From: Sarea resinae
Lineage: Eukaryota
Assembly: GCA_026026165.1 (NCBI GenBank)
Contig: JAPEUD010000004.1
Coordinates: forward strand, 372,001-436,000
Direction: 5' to 3'
Length of the DNA stretch: 64,000 bases
Shown here piece after piece: positions 63,230 through 64,000 of the stretch. Within the stretch, counting starts at the first letter, position 1. Each line of letters starts with the position of its first letter. A program made the translations under genes and the position numbers. The notes beneath the pieces are model-generated. The model was not told the origin of the DNA. It did no database searches and saw only the letters and a program-made list of their open reading frames with translations.

Positions 63230-64000
63230 CTGTGATCTGGAGATCTAAACAGTTTTTAGGGATTATAAGTGTTCAAGGGGCTCAAGGCTTAAAAGGCGTA
63301 GGAGAGTTGTCGCGATTGATCTGGTCAAGTCGCGACAACTAACAGAGAGAGCGTGAGCAACAGTAATAAAATCTACAACTTACCTGCTGTCCTTAGAGTC
63401 TGTGCCATTCTTAGCTAGATAGCCAGGCGATAGAAAGAGACTCTGCAAAAGAGTGTAGAAGTCCTTAAGAAGGTAAGATAGAAGCTCTAAAGAGTGGTAC
63501 ACACAAAGAAAAACAGGTAAATCTTAAGGAATTTTAAAAAGACAGGTCTGTACTCTTTATCTACCTACCTCCTAGGTAGGCACCTTATTCACATTAGGGC
63601 TAGGTGCTAGGTTAGAGCTAGGTAGGTTAGTAGAAAGAGAAAGAAATTAAGAGAAACTACTTACCTAGTAGAGATCTAGGTTTAAAAGCAAGGTACCTAC
63701 CTAAGGTACCTAGTTCTCTATAAAGGTTCTTAGAGAAGTAGTCTGATTTATAATGTAGTGAATTCTTAGCTAAGTATTAAAGAGGCAAAGGCTAAAACTC
63801 TAGTAGATTACTTACCTTAGGTAAGGTACCTACTTTAGGTACTATCCTCTACCTAAGGCTCTTAGAAGCCTTCTTCTTAAATACTTACCTTCTTTTAAAA
63901 GAGTAATACTAAGAGTAGCTTTTCTTACACAGGCTAATCTTCTTAAAGGTATAGTAGTAAGAAGGAAAGTACTCTTCTAAATAAGAAGAGGACACGTGAA
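63230..64000. repeat. RIP-like AT-rich repeat-derived DNA continuing off the right edge
   Basis: GC falls progressively, with dense TAG/TAA/CTA and TACCTA/TAGGTA words, CpA/TpG depletion, and no ORF of 60 aa or more. Confidence 0.65.

Noticed and set aside
1..64000. tRNA, 5S rRNA and spliceosomal snRNA genes
   Set aside because: A visual search found isolated GGTTCGA-like and ATACTTACC-like words without the required surrounding structure. Not confirmed with tRNAscan-SE or Infernal.

Overview
Eukaryotic nuclear DNA from a filamentous ascomycete (Pezizomycotina). This rests on short GT-AG introns with CTRAC/CTAAT branch sites, RIP-like TpA-rich patches and many microsatellites. About 13 protein-coding loci can be built by hand: a gene 3' end at 1-90, a DUF1348/SnoaL-like protein, a TRP/FLC-family membrane protein, the C2H2 regulator mtfA, Wbp11, a divergent La-module (LARP7/Pof8-like) protein, Hsp12/Hsp9, a Zn2Cys6 transcription factor, the GATA nitrogen regulator areA/nit-2, DASH subunit Hsk3, an Svl3/Pam1-like protein, the helicase SUB2/UAP56 and a spliced DUF262 (GmrSD/ParB-Srx fold) gene. 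There is also a frameshifted kinase-like gene. The three transcription-factor genes each follow an 8-9 kb gene-free stretch. The signals most worth following up are: (1) a multi-helix, possibly pseudoknotted RNA structure filling the unusually long first intron of SUB2; (2) a strongly over-represented spaced palindrome GTAC-N3-GTAC in non-coding DNA; (3) a DUF262 plus kinase-like pair next to RIP-like DNA; (4) a La-module protein with a degenerate UUU-3'OH pocket and no xRRM. Family assignments come from motif recognition, not database searches.
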